Shown: piece by piece, positions 26,062 through 35,457 of the stretch | How the letters are laid out: each line of letters begins with the position of its first letter | How positions within the stretch are numbered: position 1 is the first letter of the stretch | Origin: a candidate division FCPU426 bacterium | GTDB lineage: Bacteria > Oederibacteriota > PGYV01 > Palsa-1178 | Assembly (NCBI GenBank): GCA_003159495.1 | Contig: PLPI01000063.1 | Location: forward strand, 1-58,721 | Reading direction: 5' to 3' | Length of the DNA: 58,721 bases | Translations under genes and position numbers: made by a program | Notes under the pieces: generated by a model | Databases searched by the model: none | Told to the model about the DNA's origin: nothing | The model's input: only the letters and a program-made list of their open reading frames with translations

Positions 26062-26628
26062 ATGATATTAATGATAGACAACTACGATTCCTTTACATAC
26101 AACATAGTCCAGTACCTGGGCGAATTCACAAAAGATGTCGTGGTTTATAAAAATGACGCCATTACCGTGGAAGGCATAAGGGATTTGAATCCCGATAAAA
26201 TAGTAATTTCGCCGGGGCCGTCATGGCCGGAAAATGCGGGCATTTCAAAGGAAGTAATAACAACTTTCATGAAAGAAATACCCATACTGGGCGTGTGCCT
26301 GGGCCATCAGTGCATAGCGGAAGCGCTCGGCGGAAAGGTCAAGCGCAATTACAGGATAATGCACGGGAAGGTTTCACCTGTTTTTCACGACGGAAAAGGG
26401 GTTTATAAAGGGATGAAAAACCCTTTTACCGCGACGAGATATCACTCGCTGGTTGCGGAAAAAAAGAGCCTCCCGAAAGAACTCATTGTAAGCGCGTGGA
26501 CAAAAGAGGGTGAGATAATGGGAGTAAGGCACAAAAAATACCCCCTTGAGGGCGTACAGTTCCATCCTGAATCCATACTGACCGAGGATGGAAAGAAAAT
26601 AATAGGCAATTTTGCGGGGAAAAAATGA
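26062..26628 (+). CDS. trpG: Anthranilate synthase component II / glutamine amidotransferase (TrpG/PabA)
   Basis: IDNYDSFTYN, GVCLGHQCI and VQFHPES. Confidence 0.85.
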   Translation: MILMIDNYDSFTYNIVQYLGEFTKDVVVYKNDAITVEGIRDLNPDKIVISPGPSWPENAGISKEVITTFMKEIPILGVCLGHQCIAEALGGKVKRNYRIMHGKVSPVFHDGKGVYKGMKNPFTATRYHSLVAEKKSLPKELIVSAWTKEGEIMGVRHKKYPLEGVQFHPESILTEDGKKIIGNFAGKK

Positions 26629-28568
26629 AAAAAACAGCCTTTTCTGCGCTTCTCTTATTTCTGGCCTCTTATTCTTTCGGGCTTAATATAGAAAGCGCCC
26701 CGGCATCCGTAACACCGCCGTCTTCTCCGGTTATGATTACATCATCCGCGGTTTCACTGCCCGCGGCGCTTACTACGACTGCGGGATCGCCGGCAGGGGT
26801 TACAATTCCGGCCGCTTCTAATTTGACTTTTACAGCCGCGGCGCCTGTGGCAATAACATCGGCGGCTTCGGCGGCGGTGTCAGGCACGCCGGCTCCGTTA
26901 ACAGCAACGGCACAAACGCCGCAGGTTTTTTATTTATGGGTGCCCTATTCTCCGGATCTGACCCCGGCGGAAGCGTATTACGGGCCGTCAGGATTGACCC
27001 AGTCAGCAAATGGATTGACTCCGACGGCAATGAATGTGAGCGGCACGGCTTCGTCGGTGAGCCCCACGGCAACGGGTGTCAGCGGTACTGCGGAGAGCGT
27101 AAGCGGTACAGCCGTGAATGTAAGCGGCACAGCCGTGAATGTAAGCGTTACGGCGCAGAGCCAGGACACGGGTGATACTGATAAAAACAAGACCCCCGAG
27201 GGTATAAGCATAACCGCCTTTGACGGCGGGAACGTAATTTACGCCTTCAGTACGGGGATAGCCGACACTGTAAAGCTGTTCTGGGAGCCTAAAAACAAGG
27301 AAGCGTCATTCAAATATAATATTTACAGGACCACGGCAGTACGTTATGAAAAAATAAATCCCGGGCAAATAACCCTTACCGCTTATGCCGACTCCGGCAT
27401 AACAAGCCTGACTGCGTACTCATATAAAATAGAATCAATAGATGAAAAAGGCGCTTCTTATATGTCTATAACTTTTACCGTAAAGACTCCGCCTATAAAT
27501 TTTCCCCAGATGCCGTCGGGCTTCAAGGCGTTCCAGGATATAGAGTCGGTAACGTTAAAGTGGTCTTCCGGAGGGCAGGGTTCATTTCCTTTGTCGGGTT
27601 ATAATATTTACAGGGGAAAGCTTTCCGACAAGCTTGATTTTTGCAAATTTGTTCCGGCGGCAAAAAGCGCCTACACTGATAATGACGTTGAGCCGGCGCT
27701 GAGATACTATTATTCAATAAGCGCTGTGGATATCAGGGGCCATGAATCGGATCAGGTGACGGCCCCGGGCGTGATGCCGTTCCCGCCGCCGCGCACCAAT
27801 CTTTGTTTAATGCCGACGGCATACAGGAATGATATATTTGACAATAACGGATTTAATGTGGACTGCGGTTTTGCATATTACATAGGAACGCTTTACGGGG
27901 CGCATAATGTGGCGGTGTTGGGCGAGGGAACAGACACATTTAAAAAGAACGGCGTTTGGCTTCTCTCTGTGGACGCCAAATACACCTATTTTTCGGGATA
28001 TGAAAACTGGTGGCCCGCCCTCGGGGCCGGGGTTATGTATTCGCTTTTAATGCAGGATTCCATCGGAGGCTCAACCACCAATTATCAGCAGGGAGTCGGG
28101 ACCTCTTTTTCAACAAAAAGTTCCATAATCGGCCTGCAGGGGCTTTACCTGGTGGCGACTAAAAATATAGGCTGGGATTTTACCGGGGATGTCGGTTATG
28201 TTTTCGGCTTTAAAATGTATAAAGGCGACCAGGGCGAGGGGCTCGGCGGTTACATACCATACCTTGTAAGCTCCATTCTGGGAGGCGGATCCGATTTGAC
28301 AAACGCGGCGGATACGAATTATGATTCAAAGAACGTTTATTACCTGGGATTCTCAAGGCCGATATTCGGCAAGGCCTCGATAAAAGTCGAACTCATGGTG
28401 CCGGTTGAAATGAACGACAGGGCTTATATGCCGTCGACTTACATAATTAACACACATATAGACAGGCTGCTTAATTTCGATATCGCTTATATGCATTATG
28501 CCGGCGGGTTCGCCTGGCTTGGATATTACAACCTTAGATTTTCAGTATTCCCGAGCCCGTATAAATAA
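26625..28568 (+). CDS. Hypothetical secreted protein: Ala/Thr/Ser/Pro-rich region, heptad VSGTAxx repeats, two Fn3-like domains and a Gly/aromatic-rich C-terminal domain
   Basis: Signal peptide MKKTAFSALLLFLASYSFG. Fn3-like segments (VKLFWEP...YNIYRT...; VTLKWSS...YNIYRG...YYYSISAVD). ATGA overlap with the trpG stop. Confidence 0.6.
   Translation: MKKTAFSALLLFLASYSFGLNIESAPASVTPPSSPVMITSSAVSLPAALTTTAGSPAGVTIPAASNLTFTAAAPVAITSAASAAVSGTPAPLTATAQTPQVFYLWVPYSPDLTPAEAYYGPSGLTQSANGLTPTAMNVSGTASSVSPTATGVSGTAESVSGTAVNVSGTAVNVSVTAQSQDTGDTDKNKTPEGISITAFDGGNVIYAFSTGIADTVKLFWEPKNKEASFKYNIYRTTAVRYEKINPGQITLTAYADSGITSLTAYSYKIESIDEKGASYMSITFTVKTPPINFPQMPSGFKAFQDIESVTLKWSSGGQGSFPLSGYNIYRGKLSDKLDFCKFVPAAKSAYTDNDVEPALRYYYSISAVDIRGHESDQVTAPGVMPFPPPRTNLCLMPTAYRNDIFDNNGFNVDCGFAYYIGTLYGAHNVAVLGEGTDTFKKNGVWLLSVDAKYTYFSGYENWWPALGAGVMYSLLMQDSIGGSTTNYQQGVGTSFSTKSSIIGLQGLYLVATKNIGWDFTGDVGYVFGFKMYKGDQGEGLGGYIPYLVSSILGGGSDLTNAADTNYDSKNVYYLGFSRPIFGKASIKVELMVPVEMNDRAYMPSTYIINTHIDRLLNFDIAYMHYAGGFAWLGYYNLRFSVFPSPYK
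27036..27161 (+). repeat. Six tandem 21-nt (7-codon) repeats inside the CDS
   Basis: Units start at 27036, 27057, 27078, 27099, 27120 and 27141. Units 4 and 5 (GTAAGCGGYACAGCCGTGAAT) differ at one base. The encoded peptide is (N/S/G)VSGTA(x). Confidence 0.85.
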
Positions 28569-28571
28569 ACC

Positions 28572-29354
28572 ATGGTATGCCCTGATTGCGGAGCCCGGCT
28601 GAATAATGGCATGGATAAATGCCCGCTTTGCGGGGCTGTTATAGACAGAGGCGCGATTTTCAGGGAACTGACTGAAAAAGGGGACGGCGCTTTTGCGCTC
28701 AATGATTACGCAAGGGCGGGGATATTCTACAGGGCGGCGCTTGACATGGGGTTTCCGGCCGGGGCGGATATATACATGAAGTACGGCAGCGCGCTGGATA
28801 AACAGCACGACCGCGCGGCCGCGGAGATGTACCTGAAGGCCATATCGGTTGATTTGTATAATGAACGCGCCCACTCACTGCTCGCGCTATTCTATGACAA
28901 CCATAAAAAGCTTCCGGAACTTAAGGCGTGGTATGAAAAAAGCCGCGGGCTGTTTGACGCCGGTTTTGTTGATAAACAGGCCGGGATAATAGACTCCATG
29001 ATAAACCTGAGAAAAAAAAGCGCTGCGGATCTTCCCGCAATAAAAAAACCAGGAGCCGGATTTACCGCCAAAAAAATAATGTCAATGGTGAAACGGTATA
29101 TAATCCTGAATATATTCCTTTCGATAGCGGGCGTGGTGATATTCGCGGCGCTCATGGCTGTTTATTTTTTAAAAACCAACATGCTCATGGCGGTTCTTTT
29201 CGGGGCGGCATTCTTGCTGATAAGCTCGGCGGTATTTATGTGGATTAAAAGGAGCAGAAGGGCAAAAATACGGAAAAGCAACGCGTCGCTCCAGGAAATA
29301 CTCGATGATTTTAAGGCGGGAAGCGGAGCTTCCGGGGGAAAAACTATCCAATAA
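28572..29354 (+). CDS. Hypothetical zinc-ribbon / TPR-like / two-TM membrane protein
   Basis: N-terminal CPDCG...CPLCG zinc ribbon, TPR-like helices, and two TM helices near the C terminus (ILNIFLSIAGVVIFAALMAVYF; MAVLFGAAFLLISSAVFMWI). Confidence 0.55.
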   Translation: MVCPDCGARLNNGMDKCPLCGAVIDRGAIFRELTEKGDGAFALNDYARAGIFYRAALDMGFPAGADIYMKYGSALDKQHDRAAAEMYLKAISVDLYNERAHSLLALFYDNHKKLPELKAWYEKSRGLFDAGFVDKQAGIIDSMINLRKKSAADLPAIKKPGAGFTAKKIMSMVKRYIILNIFLSIAGVVIFAALMAVYFLKTNMLMAVLFGAAFLLISSAVFMWIKRSRRAKIRKSNASLQEILDDFKAGSGASGGKTIQ

Positions 29355-29844
29355 TCTTATTTAAGACTGAAAAGTGGTTGAAGAACGGTATCCTGAAAAT
29401 AAACTCCACATAATTCCTCATATAAGGAAAAATTATTGATTTGTCCAGGTCGGCCCGCATCTGAAACCCCTTGACGCCGTCAAGTTTCTGAAAAAGAAGG
29501 TAAAGCGGGATCGCAAGTATTGTTATTAGTATTGCCGCGCCGAATATCCTGTCCACAAAGGCCATGTTGAAAAAATCAAAAATACCTGAAATTGCAAACC
29601 CCAGGGATATTATAATGCCGCATGCTATGGCAAAAACCACGGTATATGAGATTAATACCCGTTTTGAACTGTCCTTAAGAAGAGGGGTTAAAAGGGTGGA
29701 GAGCGGGTGATAAAGATAGTTTGCGGCGATTATGCCGGCGATAAACCCGACGGGTATTATGACCACGAGCACCCCGCGCATTTTCCAGCCGATAAAAAAT
29801 CCGGTCAGCCCCACGATAATTATGATAACATCAATGTAGTTCAT
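29344..29844 (-). CDS. cvpA: CvpA-family membrane protein
   Basis: Starts MNYIDVIIIIVGLTGFFIGWKMRG. Four TM helices and CvpA-like length. The ATG at 29844 follows AAGGGAGA. The track extension to 30000 reads through a REP-like element. Confidence 0.65.
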   Translation of the reverse strand: MNYIDVIIIIVGLTGFFIGWKMRGVLVVIIPVGFIAGIIAANYLYHPLSTLLTPLLKDSSKRVLISYTVVFAIACGIIISLGFAISGIFDFFNMAFVDRIFGAAILITILAIPLYLLFQKLDGVKGFQMRADLDKSIIFPYMRNYVEFIFRIPFFNHFSVLNKIIG

Positions 29845-29920
29845 CAATTCTCCCTTTGTTAATATGAGAACAATAATACCATAAAAACCGCAGCAGATAA
29901 ATAATAATCTTAAATTTATT

Positions 29921-29954
29921 CCCTCTCCATTTGGGAGAGGGTCGGGGTGAGGGG
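29921..29954. repeat. REP-like GC-rich palindromic element with an adjacent G-tract run
   Basis: Hairpin CCCTCTCC-ATTTG-GGAGAGGG (29921-29941) followed by TCGGGGTGAGGGG. On the - strand it translates to the ...PHPDPLPNGEG... peptide often seen when such intergenic elements are mis-translated. Confidence 0.6.
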
Positions 29955-30087
29955 AAATAATAAAATAGGATAAAACCAAACCCCCGCCCGCATGGCACAA
30001 GGTTTTTATGTTTGTATTTTGGTAAACTTTATATGCTTAGTTTGTCGAAAACAGTGTTTTTATTTGGCGCCACTACTCAAAATATCC

Positions 30088-30115
30088 TTGTAAAAATCCC
30101 CGTTTAATATATAAT
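30088..30115 (+). promoter_or_regulatory. Candidate promoter for purSQLF
   Basis: TTGTAA (30088-30093), 16-nt spacer, TATAAT (30110-30115). A 13-bp palindrome AAAACAGTGTTTT lies upstream at 30048-30060. Confidence 0.3.
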
Positions 30116-30155
30116 TAAAAAGTAATCTTTCAAAATCACACCGAGGTGATATTCA

Positions 30156-30395
30156 ATGGCAAAAGTCAGGATACACGTCACTTTTAAGGATGGAGTTCTG
30201 GACCCCCAGGGAAAAACCGTCGCGGCGGCACTGGATAAAATGGGTTACAAGAATGTCGACAGCGTCAGGATAGGCAAATATATAGAAATCGAGACCAAAG
30301 GCGCGGGGAAAATGGGTGAAAAGGAAGTTGACGAGATCTGCGACAAGCTTCTGGCAAATCCAAACACGGAAAAATACAGCTTTACAATAGAATAA
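30156..30395 (+). CDS. purS: FGAM synthase subunit PurS
   Basis: 79 aa. KVRIHVTFKDGVLDPQGKTV pattern. Precedes purQ and purL. Confidence 0.9.
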   Translation: MAKVRIHVTFKDGVLDPQGKTVAAALDKMGYKNVDSVRIGKYIEIETKGAGKMGEKEVDEICDKLLANPNTEKYSFTIE

Positions 30396-30441
30396 CCTTT
30401 TTTAATTAACGGATCCAACACAAAACTTCAGGAGCTTAAAA

Positions 30442-31146
30442 ATGGTAAAATTTGGAGTTGTTGTTTTTCCCGGCTCTAACTGCGACAAGGACTGCCTGTG
30501 GGCCGCAGGCGACGTCATGGGGCAGAAAGCCGACTTTATATGGCACGAGTCAAAGGACATTAATAAATACGACGTAATCATACTGCCTGGAGGGTTTTCT
30601 TACGGCGATTACCTCCGTTCGGGCGCGATCGCCAGGTTCTCAAAGGTCATGGAGTCCGTCCAGAAATTTGCCGTTAAAAAGAACAAGCTTGTCATCGGCA
30701 TATGCAACGGTTTCCAGATACTGCTCGAGGCAGGGCTGCTGCCGGGGGCGATGCTGCACAACAAGAACCTTAAATTCATCTGCAAATACATAAACATGAG
30801 GGTGGAGAACAACAGCACCCCTTTTACCGGAGCGTGCGGAAAAAACCAGGTGATAAAAATTCCCATAGCACACGGGGAGGGGAATTATTTCTGCGACGAA
30901 AAAACCCTCAATTCCCTCATTGAAAACGACCAGGTTGTTTTCAGATACTGCGATGAAAAAGGGTCCGTGACTGATGATGCCAATCCAAACGGGGCGCTGT
31001 ATAATATCGCGGGCATCATGAACAAAAAGGGCAACGTGATGGGGCTCATGCCGCACCCAGAACGCGCCATGAAAAAAGAGCTCGGTTCCACGGACGGTAA
31101 TTTTATCTTTGATTCAATTGTTTCCCATGTAAAAAAGTATCTTTAA
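30442..31146 (+). CDS. purQ: FGAM synthase glutaminase subunit PurQ
   Basis: [18 protein letters not shown] and MPHPER. Confidence 0.95.
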   Translation: MVKFGVVVFPGSNCDKDCLWAAGDVMGQKADFIWHESKDINKYDVIILPGGFSYGDYLRSGAIARFSKVMESVQKFAVKKNKLVIGICNGFQILLEAGLLPGAMLHNKNLKFICKYINMRVENNSTPFTGACGKNQVIKIPIAHGEGNYFCDEKTLNSLIENDQVVFRYCDEKGSVTDDANPNGALYNIAGIMNKKGNVMGLMPHPERAMKKELGSTDGNFIFDSIVSHVKKYL

Positions 31147-31159
31147 AAGGAGCGCTTAA

Positions 31160-33433
31160 ATGTCAAAATATGACAGAGCTAATGACCTTGAAATAACCCC
31201 CGCGATAATAAAAGAACACGGCTTCAAGCAGGAGGAATACGACAACATCCTGAAAATATTAAAACGCCCTCCGACGTATGTTGAGCTCGGCATATTCTCG
31301 GCGATGTGGTCCGAACACTGCTCGTATAAACATTCAAAACCGACCCTGAAAAAATTCCCCCACAAGGGCAAATATGTCATACAGGGTCCCGGGGAAAACG
31401 CAGGCATCATAGACACGGGCACCGACATGGCCGTGGCCTTTAAGATAGAATCGCACAATCACCCGTCGGCGGTCGAACCTTTTCAGGGCGCCGCGACCGG
31501 CGTGGGCGGGATATTAAGGGACGTTTTCACCATGGGGGCAAGGCCTATCGCCTCCCTTAATTCGCTCAGGTTCGGTTCAATTAAATCCGCAAATACGCAC
31601 AGACTGCTTCCGGGTGTTGTGGCCGGTATAGCTTTTTACGGCAACTGCATAGGCGTGCCGACCGTCGCGGGAGAAACGGTTTTTGAGGAAACCTACGAGG
31701 ATAACTGCCTGGTCAACGCAATGACAATAGGCATCGTGGAAAAGAAAAAAATAATCAAGGCAAAGGCTTCGGGGCTGGGCAATTCGGTTATGTACATAGG
31801 CGCAATGACCGGCCGCGACGGAATACACGGCGCGACCTTCGCCTCGGCGGAACTTTCCGAGGAGACAGCGGAGAACCGCTCATCCGTCCAGGTTGCGGAC
31901 CCTTTTATGGAAAAACTGCTGCTCGAGGCAACGCTGGAACTCATTGATAAAAAAGTGATGGTCGGCATCCAGGATATGGGCGCGGCCGGGCTGACATCGT
32001 CGTCCACGGAAATGGCATTCCGCGGCAATGTCGGCATGGAAGTTGACATGGACAAAGTTCCCCAGCGCGAAAAGGGGATGAACGCCTATGAAATAATGCT
32101 TTCCGAATCGCAGGAAAGAATGCTGCTCGTGGCTAAAAAAGGGAAAGAAAAAGAAGTTGAAAAGGTGCTGAACAAATGGGGCCTGCATGCCGTTGTAATA
32201 GGGAAAATAATAAAAAAGCAGAATATAATAGTAAAGGAAAAGGGAAAGATAGTCGCCGATATTCCCATTGAGCCGCTTGCGGACTCGGGACACCCGCTGT
32301 TTCCGTTAAAGCACCAGAAAGGCGTCAAGCCGGCGTACCTTGCGGACATTAATATCAAAAAAAGCGATGTAAAGGAACCGGATGACCTTGAGGCCGTGCT
32401 TAAAAAATTAATGGGATGCCCGAACATCGCGTCAAAATCAAATATCTGGGAGCAGTACGACCACATGGTACAGACGAATACGGTCACGCTCCCGGGGTCC
32501 GACGCCGCAGTGATTGATGTCAAGGACAGGGATTTTATGATTGCCACATCCGTGGACTGCAACGGCAGGTATGTTTACCTGGACCCTTTTAAGGGCGCCC
32601 AGATTGCCATGGCCGAATCGGCGAGAAATGTTTCTTGCTCGGGAGCAGAGCCGGTCGCATTCACCAACTGCCTTAACTTTGGAAACCCCGAGGACCCGGA
32701 AATATTCTGGCAGTTCGAAAAATCCGTGGAAGGGCTCTCCGACGCGGCAAGGGCGCTGAAAACACCGGTCATTTCCGGCAATGTCTCGTTTTACAATGAA
32801 GGGCCGGCGGGCGCCATATATCCGACACCCACGGTTGGCATGGTGGGGTATATAACGGGAAGCGAAAAGAGGTACTGCAAGCAGTTCTTCAGGGATAATA
32901 ACGATGTTATATTAATGATAGGAGAGACGCTCGAAGAGATAGGCGCGTCAGAATATTTAAAGGAACTGCACGGCCTCGTCAAAGGCCCGGTGCCCGATAT
33001 TAACATGAAAAAAGAGGTCCTGATACAGAAGACATGCAGGGACGCCATTAAGAAAGGGTTCGTTAAATCCGCCCATGACGTTTCAAAGGGCGGCCTTGCT
33101 GTTGCTCTTACTGAATGCTGTATAACAGGGACGCTGCACGGCGAAAAACCCATAGGGGCCTTTGTGGAACTCCAGTCGGATATAAGGCTCGACGCACTGC
33201 TTTTCGGCGAGACACAGTCCAGAATAATTGTGACGGCGGCGCGGGAAAAGGTCACGGCGCTGAAAAAACTGGCTTCAAAGAACAATGTAATAATATCGGA
33301 GATAGGCAAAGTCGGCGGTTCAAGGCTCATTATCAACGTGGACTGGGCATCGAAAAAGAACCCGAAAAAAATAAACCTGGGGATCGATGAACTTATCGAC
33401 ATCTGGTCCAAAGGAGTGAACAAATATGTTTAA
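31160..33433 (+). CDS. purL: FGAM synthase subunit PurL
   Basis: WSEHCSYKHSK and AIR-synthase-like duplicated domains. Confidence 0.95.
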   Translation: MSKYDRANDLEITPAIIKEHGFKQEEYDNILKILKRPPTYVELGIFSAMWSEHCSYKHSKPTLKKFPHKGKYVIQGPGENAGIIDTGTDMAVAFKIESHNHPSAVEPFQGAATGVGGILRDVFTMGARPIASLNSLRFGSIKSANTHRLLPGVVAGIAFYGNCIGVPTVAGETVFEETYEDNCLVNAMTIGIVEKKKIIKAKASGLGNSVMYIGAMTGRDGIHGATFASAELSEETAENRSSVQVADPFMEKLLLEATLELIDKKVMVGIQDMGAAGLTSSSTEMAFRGNVGMEVDMDKVPQREKGMNAYEIMLSESQERMLLVAKKGKEKEVEKVLNKWGLHAVVIGKIIKKQNIIVKEKGKIVADIPIEPLADSGHPLFPLKHQKGVKPAYLADINIKKSDVKEPDDLEAVLKKLMGCPNIASKSNIWEQYDHMVQTNTVTLPGSDAAVIDVKDRDFMIATSVDCNGRYVYLDPFKGAQIAMAESARNVSCSGAEPVAFTNCLNFGNPEDPEIFWQFEKSVEGLSDAARALKTPVISGNVSFYNEGPAGAIYPTPTVGMVGYITGSEKRYCKQFFRDNNDVILMIGETLEEIGASEYLKELHGLVKGPVPDINMKKEVLIQKTCRDAIKKGFVKSAHDVSKGGLAVALTECCITGTLHGEKPIGAFVELQSDIRLDALLFGETQSRIIVTAAREKVTALKKLASKNNVIISEIGKVGGSRLIINVDWASKKNPKKINLGIDELIDIWSKGVNKYV

Positions 33434-34859
33434 CGAAGAGGATAAGATAAAGGAAGCCTGCGGCGTATTCGGGATATTCGGACATCCCGAGGCGTCTACC
33501 ATGACCTATCTCGGGCTTTACGCGCTGCAGCACAGGGGGCAGGAGAGCGCCGGCATAGTATCAATTGACGAAAACGGAAAAATGCACGACAGGGTGGATA
33601 TGGGCATTGTCGCCGACATTTTTGACGAGAAAAAGCTCGCTCTGCTTGTGGGCAGCAGGGCTATCGGGCATGTCAGGTACTCGACCACGGGGTCATCCAA
33701 CCTGCAGAACGCACAGCCGGTCAGGATAAATTACATAAACGGAGACCTCACCGTCGCACATAACGGAAACCTTGTGAATGCGGACGAAATAAAACGCACA
33801 CTCGAGGAGCGCGGCTCCATTTTTAAATCCACCATCGATTCCGAGGTGCTGGTGCACCTTATAGCCATGTACAACAAAATGGATTTTCTTGACGCCGTTA
33901 AAGAATCCCTTACGAAATTAAAAGGCGCCTTTTCTTTCATGATAATGAACAGGGATTATCTCATAGCGGCGCGCGATCCCAATGGATTCAGGCCGCTTGA
34001 AATCGGGAAACTGGAAGGGGCCTATGTCTTTGCATCGGAAACGTGCGCTTTTGACCTTATAAACGCGGAGCATGTCGGGACGGTTGAGCCGGGTGAAATG
34101 GTTGTAATATCAAGGGACAAACTTACAGGCGAGGCAAAACTTGAAAGAATACAGTTCGCGGAGCGCGCCCGCAGCGCCATGTGCGTCTTTGAATTCATAT
34201 ATTTTGCCAGGCCGGACAGTTACATATTTGGAAGGACTGTAAATGAAATAAGGCGCGGGCTGGGCAGACAGCTGGCCGAGGAATCCAGCGTGGATGCGGA
34301 TGTGGTAATCCCGGTGCCGGATTCCGGAGTCTCGGCGGCCATAGGATATGCGGAGGGCGCGGGAATAAAGTATGACATGGGGCTCATCAGGAACCATTAT
34401 ATAGGAAGGACGTTCATCGAGCCGTCGCAGTCAATACGCGATTTCGGCGTGAAGATAAAACTCAACCCTGTAAAGGGCATAATAAAGGATAAAAGGGTGG
34501 TTGTGGTCGATGACTCGATAGTGCGCGGGACCACAAGCAGGAAGATAATCAAAATGATAAGGAACGCCGGGGCAAAGGAGATACATTACAGGATATCCTC
34601 GCCGCCAATAATGAACCCCTGTTTTTACGGAATGGATTTTCCGACAAAGACCGAACTTATCGCCAACAGCCATAACATGGAAGAGATAAAAAAATACCTC
34701 CGCGTGGACAGCCTGGCGTATTTGAGCATGGACGGTCTGATTAAAGCCGTGGGCGGGAAAAAGGAAAAATACTGCATGGCCTGCTTTGACGGCGATTATC
34801 CGGTGGATTTCAACGAGGACCAGACAAAGCTGATGTTTGAGACAAAGAACAAATGCTGA
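33426..34859 (+). CDS. purF: Amidophosphoribosyltransferase
   Basis: Propeptide followed by CGVFGIFGH (Ntn Cys), the PRPP loop VVVVDDSIVRGTT, and C-terminal Cys ligands for a 4Fe-4S cluster. Confidence 0.95.
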   Translation: MFNEEDKIKEACGVFGIFGHPEASTMTYLGLYALQHRGQESAGIVSIDENGKMHDRVDMGIVADIFDEKKLALLVGSRAIGHVRYSTTGSSNLQNAQPVRINYINGDLTVAHNGNLVNADEIKRTLEERGSIFKSTIDSEVLVHLIAMYNKMDFLDAVKESLTKLKGAFSFMIMNRDYLIAARDPNGFRPLEIGKLEGAYVFASETCAFDLINAEHVGTVEPGEMVVISRDKLTGEAKLERIQFAERARSAMCVFEFIYFARPDSYIFGRTVNEIRRGLGRQLAEESSVDADVVIPVPDSGVSAAIGYAEGAGIKYDMGLIRNHYIGRTFIEPSQSIRDFGVKIKLNPVKGIIKDKRVVVVDDSIVRGTTSRKIIKMIRNAGAKEIHYRISSPPIMNPCFYGMDFPTKTELIANSHNMEEIKKYLRVDSLAYLSMDGLIKAVGGKKEKYCMACFDGDYPVDFNEDQTKLMFETKNKC

Positions 34860-34879
34860 AACCATAGGAAGTTTTTATC

Positions 34880-34972
34880 AATAGCCACGGTTTAAAAGCG
34901 GCCCTTAAAAAGGGCCGCTTTTTTTTTGACGGAAAATTGACTTACTTATTTTTATATTTCGAAGTATATTTT
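34880..34972 (+). repeat. Direct repeat copy 1 (terminator plus TTGAC direct-repeat module)
   Basis: The core 34880-34943 matches 36258-36319 with 3 substitutions and a 2-nt difference in T-run length. Weaker similarity continues to the shared GTATATTT. Confidence 0.85.
34894..34927 (+). terminator. Rho-independent terminator of the pur operon
   Basis: AAAAGCGGCCCTT-AAA-AAGGGCCGCTTTT stem-loop followed by a 9-T run. Confidence 0.85.
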
Positions 34973-35016
34973 GTTTAACGAAAAGAATTACAAAATATTG
35001 ATGCGAGAGGAATAAA

Positions 35017-35427
35017 ATGTTAGACAGTTTATATGGCAAATCTTATAAAAATAGATACGCAATGGCGCCAAAGCCAAATAAAGCCAGAGAGATTAGTAAG
35101 GCTGAATGGATTGATTATTTGAAGACACAGGTTGAAAATTTAAACAAAATATTGAGTCAATATGATAATAAATTAGATTATCACGAAAAAAGGAAACTAA
35201 TTAATAAAATAGCTGATATTGTAAATGTGCTGAATGCCTCTATAAAAAGCGGCTTAAAAAATGAAATGATAAAGTATTTTTATAAAAACGTGCCGCTTCC
35301 GGAAATAGGGAGCGGGAGTGATTTTGATGAAACATTTTATAAGATTGCAGGGTATCAATATATAGTTGGTATAAACGAATTAATCAATTATATGAATGAA
35401 ACGCACGAAGATAACCCGGCAAAATAA
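35017..35427 (+). CDS. Hypothetical protein, strongly AT-rich gene
   Basis: 136 aa, Lys/Asn/Ile-rich and helical, with no signal peptide. I recognise no family. By eye its G+C is clearly lower than the rest of the window (roughly one third versus nearly one half). Confidence 0.5.
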   Translation: MLDSLYGKSYKNRYAMAPKPNKAREISKAEWIDYLKTQVENLNKILSQYDNKLDYHEKRKLINKIADIVNVLNASIKSGLKNEMIKYFYKNVPLPEIGSGSDFDETFYKIAGYQYIVGINELINYMNETHEDNPAK

Positions 35428-35457
35428 AGGATGATAAGTCGAACATCAGGAGGAAAA

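Noticed and set aside
29939-30155. ZTP (pfl) or purine riboswitch upstream of purS, prompted by GGGTCGGGGTG and CCCCCGCCCGCATGGC strings.
   Set aside because: The matches are limited to a few G/C-rich nucleotides. The ACUGGCG / CCACCGGGG / CCGCCUGGGC core of ZTP and the purine-riboswitch loops are absent. The segment also lies upstream of the only plausible pur promoter and belongs to the REP-like element.
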